64,000 nucleotides of DNA, taken from positions 747,849 to 811,848 of the forward strand of contig CAWCFV010000002.1 of assembly GCA_963794995.1 (NCBI GenBank), read 5' to 3'. The notes under the pieces were generated by a model. It was not told the origin of the DNA. It saw only the letters and a list, made by a program, of their open reading frames with translations, and did no database searches. Positions 39,953 to 48,674 of the stretch are shown here, piece after piece (within the stretch, counting starts at the first letter, position 1; every line of letters begins with the position of its first letter). The DNA is from an uncultured Actinomycetota bacterium (GTDB taxonomy: Bacteria; Actinomycetota; Actinomycetes; JACCUZ01). A program made the position numbers and the translations under genes.

Positions 39953-41530
39953 ATGGCTCCGGCGCGGGAGAGCGTCACCGGCTCCCCGGCAGGGGGCGCT
40001 GCCGTCGGCTCGCGGACCCAGGTCCTGGTCGCCGCGGTCGCCCTGCTCGCGCTCTGGACTCTGGGGGCGCTCCTGTCACTGCTGCGCGGCCAGGACGCCA
40101 GCGGTGACCATCGCGGCTCGCACGTGTCAGCCGTCTGGACGCTGCTGCACCCCGACCAGGACGTCGCCCTCAGCCCGGACGCGTGGATCCCGGGCACCGT
40201 CAACATCCCGTGGTTCCTCCTGGCACTGCACGCTCCAGCCTGGGCGGCGACCGCCTACCTCGGTGCCCTGCACGCCACCGCGATCTGGCTGGTGATGCTT
40301 CTCGCCTGGCGACTGCTGGACCGGCCCGACCTCGCGGCGAGGTGCGCGCTGACAGTCATGTGCGGTGCCTTCGCCGTCGTCGGCGCCACGTTCCGCACCG
40401 AGTTCGCGACGACCTTCTCCGACGTCTCGACCGCTCTGCCCCTCCTGGGTGCGCTGCTCTGCCTGCTGTGGGGAGGAACGGTGGGACCCAGGCGCCTGAC
40501 GGCTGCGGGGCTGTTGCTCGGCGTGGCCTTCGGGCTCAAGATGACGAACCTGCTCTACGTCCTCGCCTGCCTGACCGCCGTGGTGACCCTGCCCCTGGCC
40601 GACTCGCGGCCGCGCGCCCTCCTGCGCACGTCCGCTGCCGCAGCCGTCGGCGCGGCGGTGTCCGTCGGGTACGTCTGGTGGGAGTTCCTGGGGCGGTTCG
40701 GCAGCCCGATGTTCCCGTTCTTCAACCAGCTCTGGCGCTCGCCCTACGCGCCGCCGGTGAACTACCACGACGGGCGCTTCCTGCCCGAGACGCCGGCCGA
40801 GCTCCTGCTGCTTCCCTGGCGGATGGCCTCGGTGAGCGGGTTCCCGAGCGAGCTTCCCGGCCGGGACCCTCGCTGGGCGGTCCTCGCCTCGCTGCTCGTT
40901 CTTGCCCTGGTCGTCCGAGGCGCCCGGCGTCGACACGACCTCGCCGTGGCGCCGCCGGACCCGCGCGTGCGGTTCCTGCTGGTCTTCCTCGGGTCTGCCT
41001 GGGCCGTCTGGGTGGTGATGTTCGGCATCGCCCGCTACCTGCTGGCGATCGAGCTCGTGGTCGGCGTCGTCGTCGTCGCTGTGGCAGCACCCCTGGTCCA
41101 GCGGCAGCGGTGGGTGGTGACGGCCATGGCCGTCCTGCTCGTCGCGGCGACCGCCTCGACCACGGTGCCCTCGTTCGCCAGGCAGCCGGTGCCCGACGGG
41201 AGCTGGTTCGCCTTCTCCACCTCGCCGGTCACCGACCAGCCTCGGACGCTCGTCGTCTTCCTCGGGGGGTCGACGACCTACCTCATCGCGGCCTTCCCCG
41301 ACGACGCACGTCTGGTCGAGCTGCCGACCCTCCCCGGACGGCTCACCAGGGAGAGCTACCGCGTGATCGCCGCCCACCGCGGCCCGGTGGTGACCGTCCA
41401 GCGGTCCGGCGCCGGCGCGGGACGGGCGCTGCTGGCCCCAACCGGTCTCACCGGGACGCCCGAGTGCACCGTCGTGTCCAGCAACCTCGGCAGCGTCCGT
41501 GCGTGCGCGTGGCCTAGCCGAGCAGACTGA
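39953..41530 (+). CDS. GT-C fold membrane glycosyltransferase, GT87/DUF2029-like (paralog)
   Basis: Same motif positions as the previous gene (NIPWFLL, FGLKMTN, WEFLGRFGSPMFPFFNQLWRSP, ARYLLAIELV). Starts 2 bp after its stop. Confidence 0.6.
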   Translation: MAPARESVTGSPAGGAAVGSRTQVLVAAVALLALWTLGALLSLLRGQDASGDHRGSHVSAVWTLLHPDQDVALSPDAWIPGTVNIPWFLLALHAPAWAATAYLGALHATAIWLVMLLAWRLLDRPDLAARCALTVMCGAFAVVGATFRTEFATTFSDVSTALPLLGALLCLLWGGTVGPRRLTAAGLLLGVAFGLKMTNLLYVLACLTAVVTLPLADSRPRALLRTSAAAAVGAAVSVGYVWWEFLGRFGSPMFPFFNQLWRSPYAPPVNYHDGRFLPETPAELLLLPWRMASVSGFPSELPGRDPRWAVLASLLVLALVVRGARRRHDLAVAPPDPRVRFLLVFLGSAWAVWVVMFGIARYLLAIELVVGVVVVAVAAPLVQRQRWVVTAMAVLLVAATASTTVPSFARQPVPDGSWFAFSTSPVTDQPRTLVVFLGGSTTYLIAAFPDDARLVELPTLPGRLTRESYRVIAAHRGPVVTVQRSGAGAGRALLAPTGLTGTPECTVVSSNLGSVRACAWPSRAD

Positions 41531-42644
41531 CCAGGCGCGCGGCAGCGGCCGTCCAGGTCCAGCGCTCCGCCACCCAGGTGCACCCGGCGGTGCCGAGCCT
41601 GCGGCGCTGCGCCTCCGAGGACAGCAGCGGGACCAGCGCCGCCGCCACCGCGGCCGGGTCGCCGCCGTCGACGACCGCACCCGTCTCGCCGTCCCGGACG
41701 GCGTCGACCGCGCCGCCGGAGTTGCCGGCGACGACGGGGAGGCCGGTCGCGGAAGCCTCGAGGAAGACGATGCCGAGGCCCTCGACCTCGAAGCCCAGCC
41801 TGCGGGTCCGGCAGGGCATGGCGAAGACGTCACCGGCCGCGAAGTACGGCGGCAGCTCGGCCCACGGCTTGGCGCCGGCGAGCACCACATCAGCGGCGAT
41901 CCCGAGCTCGGCAGCGAGCCGCTCGAGCTTCGGGCGCATCGGGCCGTCGCCGACGAGCAGCAGGGCGGCGTCGGGCACCGAACGCTGCACCAGCGGTAGG
42001 GCCTTGACCAGGGTGTCCTGGCCCTTGCGTTCGACCATCCGCGAGACGCAGACGACCACCGGACGGTCGCCGAGCCCGTATCGCTCGCGCACCGGTCCCC
42101 CGTCGACCGACGGGTTGAAGGCGTCGGTGTCGACACCCGGCGTGAGCTGGACCATCCGGCCGGCCGCAGCCGGCGACAGCGCTCTGGCGATCTGCGAGCG
42201 CGTGTACTCCCCCAGGTAGGTCAGCACGTCGTTGGTCTCACCGATCCGACGCAGCAGCGCCCGGGTGCCGGGTGCCTTCGCCCACCAGACCTCGTGACCG
42301 TGCGTCGTGGCCACGGTGCGGCGCACCCCGGCACGTGCGCGCAGCGCCGGGGCCATCAGCCCCAACGGCGCTGCGGCGCCGAACCAGACCGTGTCGCAGC
42401 CGTGGGAGCGGGCCAGCGAGACCGCCCGCCGGGTGATCGCCGGGGTGGGCAGCATCAGCCGGGCCGGGTCCCGGACCACCGGGAAGGGCAGCGTGGCGTC
42501 GAACTCGGCGTCGCCGGGCTGCCGGGCCGTGTGCACCACCACGCGGTCAGGGTCCATCCGCTGCACCATCGCGAGCACGAACGACTCGATGCCGCCGACC
42601 CGCGGGGGGAAGTCGTTGGTGACGACAAGGGTGCGACCGGCCAC
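41514..42644 (-). CDS. GT4 (GT-B) glycosyltransferase, PimB-like mannosyltransferase
   Basis: ...VERKGQDTLVKAL...FAMPCRTRRLGFEVEGLGIVFLEASATGLPVVAGNSGGAVDAV, the GT4 EX7E region. Its 3' end overlaps the convergent GT87 paralog by ~17 bp. Confidence 0.75.
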   Translation of the reverse strand: MAGRTLVVTNDFPPRVGGIESFVLAMVQRMDPDRVVVHTARQPGDAEFDATLPFPVVRDPARLMLPTPAITRRAVSLARSHGCDTVWFGAAAPLGLMAPALRARAGVRRTVATTHGHEVWWAKAPGTRALLRRIGETNDVLTYLGEYTRSQIARALSPAAAGRMVQLTPGVDTDAFNPSVDGGPVRERYGLGDRPVVVCVSRMVERKGQDTLVKALPLVQRSVPDAALLLVGDGPMRPKLERLAAELGIAADVVLAGAKPWAELPPYFAAGDVFAMPCRTRRLGFEVEGLGIVFLEASATGLPVVAGNSGGAVDAVRDGETGAVVDGGDPAAVAAALVPLLSSEAQRRRLGTAGCTWVAERWTWTAAAARLVSLLG

Positions 42645-42670
42645 GGTCGCGGAGCCTACGCGGCGACCGC

Positions 42671-43538
42671 TCAGCCGCCGACGAGGTGCGAGCGGGCCTC
42701 GCGCACCGGCACCGCGAGCGGGCCGGCGGTCTTGGTCAGCGGCGGCCCGGGGACGGCGTAGGGGCCGTTGCCGGCGACGGTGAACGAGCCCTGCCAGGAC
42801 GTCGTCACCGTCACGGCGCGCGCTCCGGAGCTGGCGTAGGTGTGGGAGACCGAGTCGTCCGGGTAGCGGCCGCCCGGCACGGTGAACGCCCGGGTGACGC
42901 CCTCGTCGAAGGTCCAGTCCCAGGTGGCCGTGGCGGTCACCACGACGGGGAGCCCCAGCACGTCGAACGACGGCGTCTCGAACGACCCGGGCTCGCCGGC
43001 GTCGAAGATGGTCGGGAGGTTGACGATGCCCCCCGCGGCCGGCTGGAACGACGGCGACGCGTCCGGGAGCCGGCTGACCACCTGTTCGCGCACGGCCTGC
43101 GCGATGTCCGCGATCGGCACCGGCTGGTCGCCCGGCCCGATGCAGACGGTCTGCAGCATCCGCCAGCCCGGGTCGGCGTTGTCCCGGTAGTAGACCCGGT
43201 AGAGGATCCCGTCCTGACCGCGCAGCGCACAGGACTGGACCGCGACCCCGCACAGCGCGTCGTCCGGGTTCTCCGGACCGTTCGCCAGGCAGGCGATGAC
43301 CAGCTTCCACTCGCAGCCGTCGCACGGCCGGCCGGAGACCTGGCCGAGCGGGGTGTCCGGCCCCTGGCCGGGCCACACGACGCCGCTCGTGACGATCGCG
43401 CCGCCCGCCTGGTCACCGTCGGAGTGCACGCAGTCGATCTCCTGGCGCTGACAGTGGTCCGCCTGCGCCGCGGACGGGACCGACACCAGGGCCGCCACCA
43501 GGGCGAGGGCGAGCAGCAGCGCTCGGGCGGGTCTCATC
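42671..43538 (-). CDS. Secreted Cys-rich hypothetical protein
   Basis: Signal peptide MRPARALLLALALVAALVSVPSAAQA. An 8-Cys N-terminal domain. A beta-rich C-terminus. Confidence 0.45.
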
Positions 43539-44103
43539 CGGCCTCCAGGTCGGTCACGTTCGTGATCACCCAGGCGCCGTCGTCCGACCGCACCAGGGAC
43601 AGGTCCAGGTGACGACGCCGGGAGCGGATCGTGGTGACCACGTCGCCGGACTCGTCGAGCACGTCGTAGGCGGAGGCCCGGTAGGCCACCTCGGCCACCG
43701 CGACGCCGCCCTCGACGTCGTGCGCCCGGACCGACGCGACGGTGAAGGTGGCCTCCGGCGTGGTCTCCCCGTTGCGCGCGTTGCGCCGGATGACCTTCAT
43801 CGCCTCGGCGCACGGGCAGCCGGGTGCGACCAGGTCGGCGAGAAGTGCCGGGTCGTTCGTCCGGGACGCCCGGGTCAGGGTGTCGTAGTAGCCGCGCACC
43901 GCGGCCTCGACCTCGGCGGACGCACCGGTCGCCGCGGGACCGCTCGCGCTGCCCGGGCTGCTCGGGGTGCCCGGCGTGCTCGCGTCCGCCGACCGGGTCG
44001 GCAGCGTCGTCGGCTGCTCGCCCTCGCCCCCGCAGGCGGCCAGCGGCAGGACCAGCACCGCGGCGAGCGCCAGCCGCGGCGCCGACGTCGCCGGGGCCCG
44101 CAT
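43534..44103 (-). CDS. Putative lipoprotein
   Basis: MRAPATSAPRLALAAVLVLPLAACGG, a lipobox. Ser/Pro/Thr-rich linker. Confidence 0.5.
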   Translation of the reverse strand: MRAPATSAPRLALAAVLVLPLAACGGEGEQPTTLPTRSADASTPGTPSSPGSASGPAATGASAEVEAAVRGYYDTLTRASRTNDPALLADLVAPGCPCAEAMKVIRRNARNGETTPEATFTVASVRAHDVEGGVAVAEVAYRASAYDVLDESGDVVTTIRSRRRHLDLSLVRSDDGAWVITNVTDLEAG

Positions 44104-44177
44104 GGTCGGCGATCCTACGGGACGAATCGCCCACGACGGCACCCTCGCGTCCCCGCCGAGGCGGCCGTCCGGCCGCA

Positions 44178-45476
44178 TCACGGCAGGTCGGCGCCGAGGT
44201 CGGGCGGTACCGGACGGCCGTGCCGGCGCGCCCAGTCCCGGGCCAGCGCGGTCCGCTGCGGGCCGGTCGGGTGGCTCGCGAACAGACCGAACACCAGCGG
44301 GGACGGGTCGAGGTCGGACAGGTTCGTCACCGACAGCCGGCGCTGCATCGCCACCATCGCCGCCGGCTCCCGGGTCAGGTCGAGCGCGTGGACGTCGGCC
44401 CGCGTCTCGACCCGCCGGGACAGCAGGTTCTGCGCCGGACCGGCCACGGCCGAGAGCAGCGCCACCAGCGCCAGCACCAGGGCGACCGCGCGGGCGTCCC
44501 CCAGGGACGGGACACCGGCCCGGCCCAGCAGCCACGACGAGCGGCCGAGCAGCCCGAGCACGCACACGAGCAGCGCGACCGACACCGCACCCAGGAGCGT
44601 GCCCCACACCACGTCGCGCGACTTCGCGTGCCCGAGCTCGTGCGCGACGATGAGCCGCACCTCGCCCGGCGGCGCGCTGTCGACGAGCGTGTCGTAGACG
44701 ACGATCCGGCGGGTGGCCCCGATCCCGGAGACGTAGGCGTTCAGCGACGAGGTCCGCCGGCTGGCGTCGGCGACCAGCACGTCCTCGACCGGTACGCCGT
44801 CCTCGCGCGCGAGCTGCAGCAACGAGCTGCGCAGCGGCCCGTCGGCCATCGAGGTGAACCTGTTGAAGACGGGCTCCACCACGACCGGGTAGGCGAACGA
44901 GGTCAGGACGACCAGCCCGGCGCCCAGCGCCGCGCCGACCGTCCACCACCACTGCGGCTGCCAGCGCGCCAGGCCGACGACCAGCAGCAGCACCAGCAGG
45001 GTGAGCACCAGGCCCACGCCGTAGGACTTCGCGAGGTCCAGCGCCCAGGCGCCCCAGGTGCGCGTCGAGAGGCCGTAGCGCCGGCGGACGGACTCGCTCC
45101 ACGCGTCCCACGGCAGCGTCAGGACCCGACCCACGACCGTCAGCGCGACGGTGCCGAGAATCACCCGCCACAGCCAGCCGCCGCCCAGCGGTGCCGCGAC
45201 CCGCTCGACCAGCCGGGCGCCCGCCGGCGTGAGGCCCAGCACGCCCGCCACCACGAGGCCGAGCAGGTACGACGTGTACGCCGGGAGCCGCACCGCGACG
45301 TGGTAGGCCTCCTCACGCGCGACCTGCGCAGCGGTGAAGTCTCGCGAGGGGTCCACCGGGGTCGGGGTCAGCCCGTGCAGCGGCAGCGGCCGCCAGGGGA
45401 TCAGGACGGCCACCGCCACCGCGAGGAGGACGACGAGCGTGGCGGTCGTGACCAGCAGCGTCGTGCGCGGGCTCAC
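44178..45476 (-). CDS. Membrane M48-family zinc metallopeptidase (Ste24/HtpX-like)
   Basis: Multi-TM N-terminal half. HELGHAKSRD (HExxH), with a downstream Glu context. The GTG start overlaps the upstream stop (GTGA). Confidence 0.7.
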   Translation of the reverse strand: MSPRTTLLVTTATLVVLLAVAVAVLIPWRPLPLHGLTPTPVDPSRDFTAAQVAREEAYHVAVRLPAYTSYLLGLVVAGVLGLTPAGARLVERVAAPLGGGWLWRVILGTVALTVVGRVLTLPWDAWSESVRRRYGLSTRTWGAWALDLAKSYGVGLVLTLLVLLLVVGLARWQPQWWWTVGAALGAGLVVLTSFAYPVVVEPVFNRFTSMADGPLRSSLLQLAREDGVPVEDVLVADASRRTSSLNAYVSGIGATRRIVVYDTLVDSAPPGEVRLIVAHELGHAKSRDVVWGTLLGAVSVALLVCVLGLLGRSSWLLGRAGVPSLGDARAVALVLALVALLSAVAGPAQNLLSRRVETRADVHALDLTREPAAMVAMQRRLSVTNLSDLDPSPLVFGLFASHPTGPQRTALARDWARRHGRPVPPDLGADLP

Positions 45477-46918
45477 GCCGCGGCCTTGGCCCGCAGGTAG
45501 GCCCGCCAGTCCCGCTCCAGCCGGCGCTCGTCGACTCCGAGCACCTCCGCGGTCTCCTCCGGCCAGCCCGGGCCGCTGCTGTCGGACAGCGCCATGTAGA
45601 GCCGCAGCAGCCGCTTCTGCCCGTACTCCTCCGCGATCATGCGGCAGGCCAGCCAGGCGCCCTCGTAGGCCGCGGCGATGTCCCCGCGCGACGCGTCGAA
45701 GTCGTCGTCCTGCGGCAGGTGCCGCGGTGGGCCGTCGTCGCGGACCTCGTCCAGGATGTCCGCCGCGACGATCGACAACGGGACGGGCGTCGCCCGGTAG
45801 GCGACGTAGTCGGCGAACCCCTCCGACAGCCAGATGGGAGGTGCCAGCACGCTGGACGAGCGGGTGGCGACGTGGGTCATCTCGTGGGTGAGCACCACCC
45901 GCCGGCCGACCGCACCGAGCGTGCCCCAGGCCCCGGGGTTGAGCACGATGCGGTCCCCCCTGCTGAGCCCGGACTCGAAGGTGCCGGTCGTCACGGCGGC
46001 GATCTGGGCGAGCCCGTCGCCGTCGCTTCCGATGAGGGTCGCCATGTCCTGCTGGCTGCGCGGCATGACGAGAACGGGGTGCCGTGACCAGTCCCCGGTC
46101 CACACCTCGTCGACGTCACCGACCGCCAGGTCCGCCTCGTCCGCGACCCGCCGGGCCTGGCGCGCGCTGGTGCCGCGGCGGTCGGCGACGACCAGGCTGT
46201 GGTCGCCGCGCACGGCACGGACCGGCCCGAGGTCCCACAGGTCGCGCTGGGTGTCGAACCCGCTCGCCGAGGCATCGGTGTCCGAGGCCAGCAGCCAGCC
46301 GCCGCCGGACGGCACCACGGTGAGGTACTGCTCCCGGTCGGTGGTGGTGTCCGTGCCGGCCAGGCGGTAGGTGAGCCGCACCCGGACGATGGCCGAGCCC
46401 GGGGGCAGCGCGGCGGCCCGCTCGGGCGCCAGGCCCGGGCCCTCGCCGGTCACCAGGTAGGACCACTGGGCGAGCCCCAGCGAGGTGACCCGGTCGAACA
46501 GCTCGGCCTGCGTCGCGAGGAACTCGGTGGCGCCCGGAGCCACGGTGCCGAGGAACGCCGTCCGGTCAGCGGCGGTCACGGCGGCGGCGCGGGTGACCAG
46601 CAGGTCGGTCACCGCCCGGTCCCGTGCCGCGACGGCGGCCCCGGGGGGCGTGGAGCCGCTCGCCGAGGGCCCCGGCTCACCGCCGGCGGCCGTGGTCCCC
46701 GCCCGGGGCCCCCCAGCAGGCCCGGGCCCGGGCCCGGTGCCCTGCCCGGGCAGGAGCACCCGGCCGACCACCAGCGCGACGCCGAGGCCTAGCGCGACGG
46801 CGACGGTGACGACCAGCCAGACGGCAGCAGGACGTCGCCGGGAGCGGTCCCCCGGAGGCCGTGCGGCCGACGACGGGGGCGGCTCGACGGCCGCGCCCGG
46901 GTCGTCGTACTGCTGCAC
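45473..46918 (-). CDS. Putative zinc metallopeptidase (HEMTH motif) with N-terminal TM anchor
   Basis: VVLTHEMTHVATRSS...LSEGFADYVAYRA. N-terminal TM AAVWLVVTVAVALGLGVALVV. Confidence 0.5.
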   Translation of the reverse strand: MQQYDDPGAAVEPPPSSAARPPGDRSRRRPAAVWLVVTVAVALGLGVALVVGRVLLPGQGTGPGPGPAGGPRAGTTAAGGEPGPSASGSTPPGAAVAARDRAVTDLLVTRAAAVTAADRTAFLGTVAPGATEFLATQAELFDRVTSLGLAQWSYLVTGEGPGLAPERAAALPPGSAIVRVRLTYRLAGTDTTTDREQYLTVVPSGGGWLLASDTDASASGFDTQRDLWDLGPVRAVRGDHSLVVADRRGTSARQARRVADEADLAVGDVDEVWTGDWSRHPVLVMPRSQQDMATLIGSDGDGLAQIAAVTTGTFESGLSRGDRIVLNPGAWGTLGAVGRRVVLTHEMTHVATRSSSVLAPPIWLSEGFADYVAYRATPVPLSIVAADILDEVRDDGPPRHLPQDDDFDASRGDIAAAYEGAWLACRMIAEEYGQKRLLRLYMALSDSSGPGWPEETAEVLGVDERRLERDWRAYLRAKAAA

Positions 46919-46983
46919 CCGGCCAGACTAGGCGGCGGTGCTGCCGGCGACCGACCGCCGCGGCGCCGGCCGGGAGGCGGAGC

Positions 46984-48111
46984 CTACGGTCGGCCGGCTC
47001 CGACGAGGGGCATCGAGTGCAGTCCGGTGATGTGCACGCTGCGGCCGGGGTAGGGCGCGTCGATGACCCGCCCGCCACCGATGTAGAGGGCCACGTGGCT
47101 GATCGGGCTGTAGTAGAAGACGAGGTCGCCCGGCTGCAGGTCGGACACCGGTACCCGCCGCACGGCGTTGTACTGCGCCGAGGAGGAGTGCGGCAGCGAC
47201 ACACCCGCCGCCGCCCACGCGTACATGGTGAGCCCCGAGCAGTCGAAGGCGTTGGGCCCGGCCGCACCCCACGAGTACGGGTCGCCGAGCTGGGCGAACG
47301 CGACCCGCACCGCCTCGGCGGCCCGACCGGAGGCCGGGACGTCGGCAGGTCCGTCGGAGCGGGCTGCGCCGCCACCTCCCCCGCCACCCTCGTCAGAGCC
47401 GCTGGAGCCGCTGGAGCCGGGGGCCGTGGGCTGCGGGTCGCGCTCGGAGCGGGAGGCGCGCGGTGCGTCGGCCCGGGCAGCCAGGGCCCTGCGGGTCGCC
47501 GCCTGCTGCTGGGCCAGCAGCCGGGCCCGCTGCGCCGCCTCGAGGCCCGCCAGCACGTCCCGCGCGTCGCGCAGGCGCTTCTCGATGGTGCCCCGCTCGG
47601 CCGCCAGGCGCTCCCGCAGGGCCGCGGCGCGGGCCTTCTTGTCGGCGACGGCCTTGCGGTCGACCGCAGCCCGCAGCCGGGCCGCCGCCATGCCGTCGAG
47701 CATCGCGGCCTGGCGCCGGTTGAGCTGGGAGAGGTCGGCCGCCTGCCGCAGGAAGGACGTCGGGTCCTCCGAGAGCACCAGGGCCACGGTGGGGTCGACA
47801 CCCCCGGACTTGTAGGAGGCCACGGCGATCCGACCGACGACCGCGGTGAGGGCGTCCAGGTGACGCCTGGCCACGGTGTACCGGTTCTGTGCCGAGCGCA
47901 TCTGCCGGGTCGTCTCGGTGAGCTCGACCTTGGCGGCGTTGTACCGCTCGGCGGCGTCGGCCGCCTCGTGGTTGAGCGCGTCGACCCGACGCTGGACCTC
48001 GGCGAGGGACGCCCCGGGCTCGGCAGCGGCCACCCCGGGCAGCACGGCGAGGCTCAGGGTCGTCAGGAGCAGACCCACGAGCAGGCGGAGGGGGGAGGTC
48101 GGGAAGGCCAT
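46984..48111 (-). CDS. NlpC/P60 peptidoglycan endopeptidase with N-terminal coiled-coil (RipA/RipC-like)
   Basis: Signal peptide. Long Ala/Arg/Glu/Gln-rich coiled coil. C-terminal NlpC/P60 (PYSWGAAGPNAFDCSGLTMYAWAAAGVSLPHSSSAQY...GDLVFY...HVALYIG). Confidence 0.8.
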   Translation of the reverse strand: MAFPTSPLRLLVGLLLTTLSLAVLPGVAAAEPGASLAEVQRRVDALNHEAADAAERYNAAKVELTETTRQMRSAQNRYTVARRHLDALTAVVGRIAVASYKSGGVDPTVALVLSEDPTSFLRQAADLSQLNRRQAAMLDGMAAARLRAAVDRKAVADKKARAAALRERLAAERGTIEKRLRDARDVLAGLEAAQRARLLAQQQAATRRALAARADAPRASRSERDPQPTAPGSSGSSGSDEGGGGGGGAARSDGPADVPASGRAAEAVRVAFAQLGDPYSWGAAGPNAFDCSGLTMYAWAAAGVSLPHSSSAQYNAVRRVPVSDLQPGDLVFYYSPISHVALYIGGGRVIDAPYPGRSVHITGLHSMPLVGAGRP

Positions 48112-48326
48112 CTGCGCGCGAACCCTACGTGACCGTTTCGTGATGTCAAACGGTACGCGGCGCGCCTGCGGGATACCTGACGTCACGTCTGGTAATCGAC
48201 GCTGGTCGCCGACCCTTGAGCCCCGCCTGTCGGACCGGAGCGTGAACCGGCCACCGGGCGTCCGCATGCTGGACTCCCGGGGCGGCGCCCGCGCGGCGAC
48301 CCGCAGCCCGTCAGCCGGTCAGCCGG

Positions 48327-48614
48327 TCAGCCGGCGGCAGCGCGCCCCGCATGACCGGCTCGCCCGTCGCCGGAGCGCCGGACGACCTCCACGGGCAGCA
48401 CCAGCCGCAGCGGCGGCACGAGTCCGGAGCCGGCGAGGGCGTCGAACGCCGCCGCCTCGTCGTCGCCGATCTCACCCGGCGGGCCGCCGAGCAGCGCGGT
48501 GACGACGCAGTCGCCGCAGGCGGGCCCGCGCACCTCGCACGAGTCGCAGTCGATGATCACGAAGTCCTCCCAGATGTCCGTCGCCGCCGACGCTAGGAGC
48601 GACCCCGGACACAA
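48327..48614 (-). CDS. Small hypothetical C4 (CDSC...CGDC) protein
   Basis: 95-aa ORF with DCDSCEVRGPACGDC. Lies between the NYN gene and the RipA-like gene on the same strand. Coding status uncertain. Confidence 0.3.
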   Translation of the reverse strand: MCPGSLLASAATDIWEDFVIIDCDSCEVRGPACGDCVVTALLGGPPGEIGDDEAAAFDALAGSGLVPPLRLVLPVEVVRRSGDGRAGHAGRAAAG

Positions 48615-48674
48615 CCTCCCCTCACTCGCGCCGGCCGGCCTCCGGTCCGCCGAGGGGTGACGCGTCCGGTCGGG

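Noticed and set aside
40127-42136. 669-aa minus-strand ORF opposite GT87 paralog 2
   Set aside because: The plus strand gives a multi-TM GT-C protein with motifs conserved with its neighbour paralog. The minus-strand product is Arg/Gly-rich.
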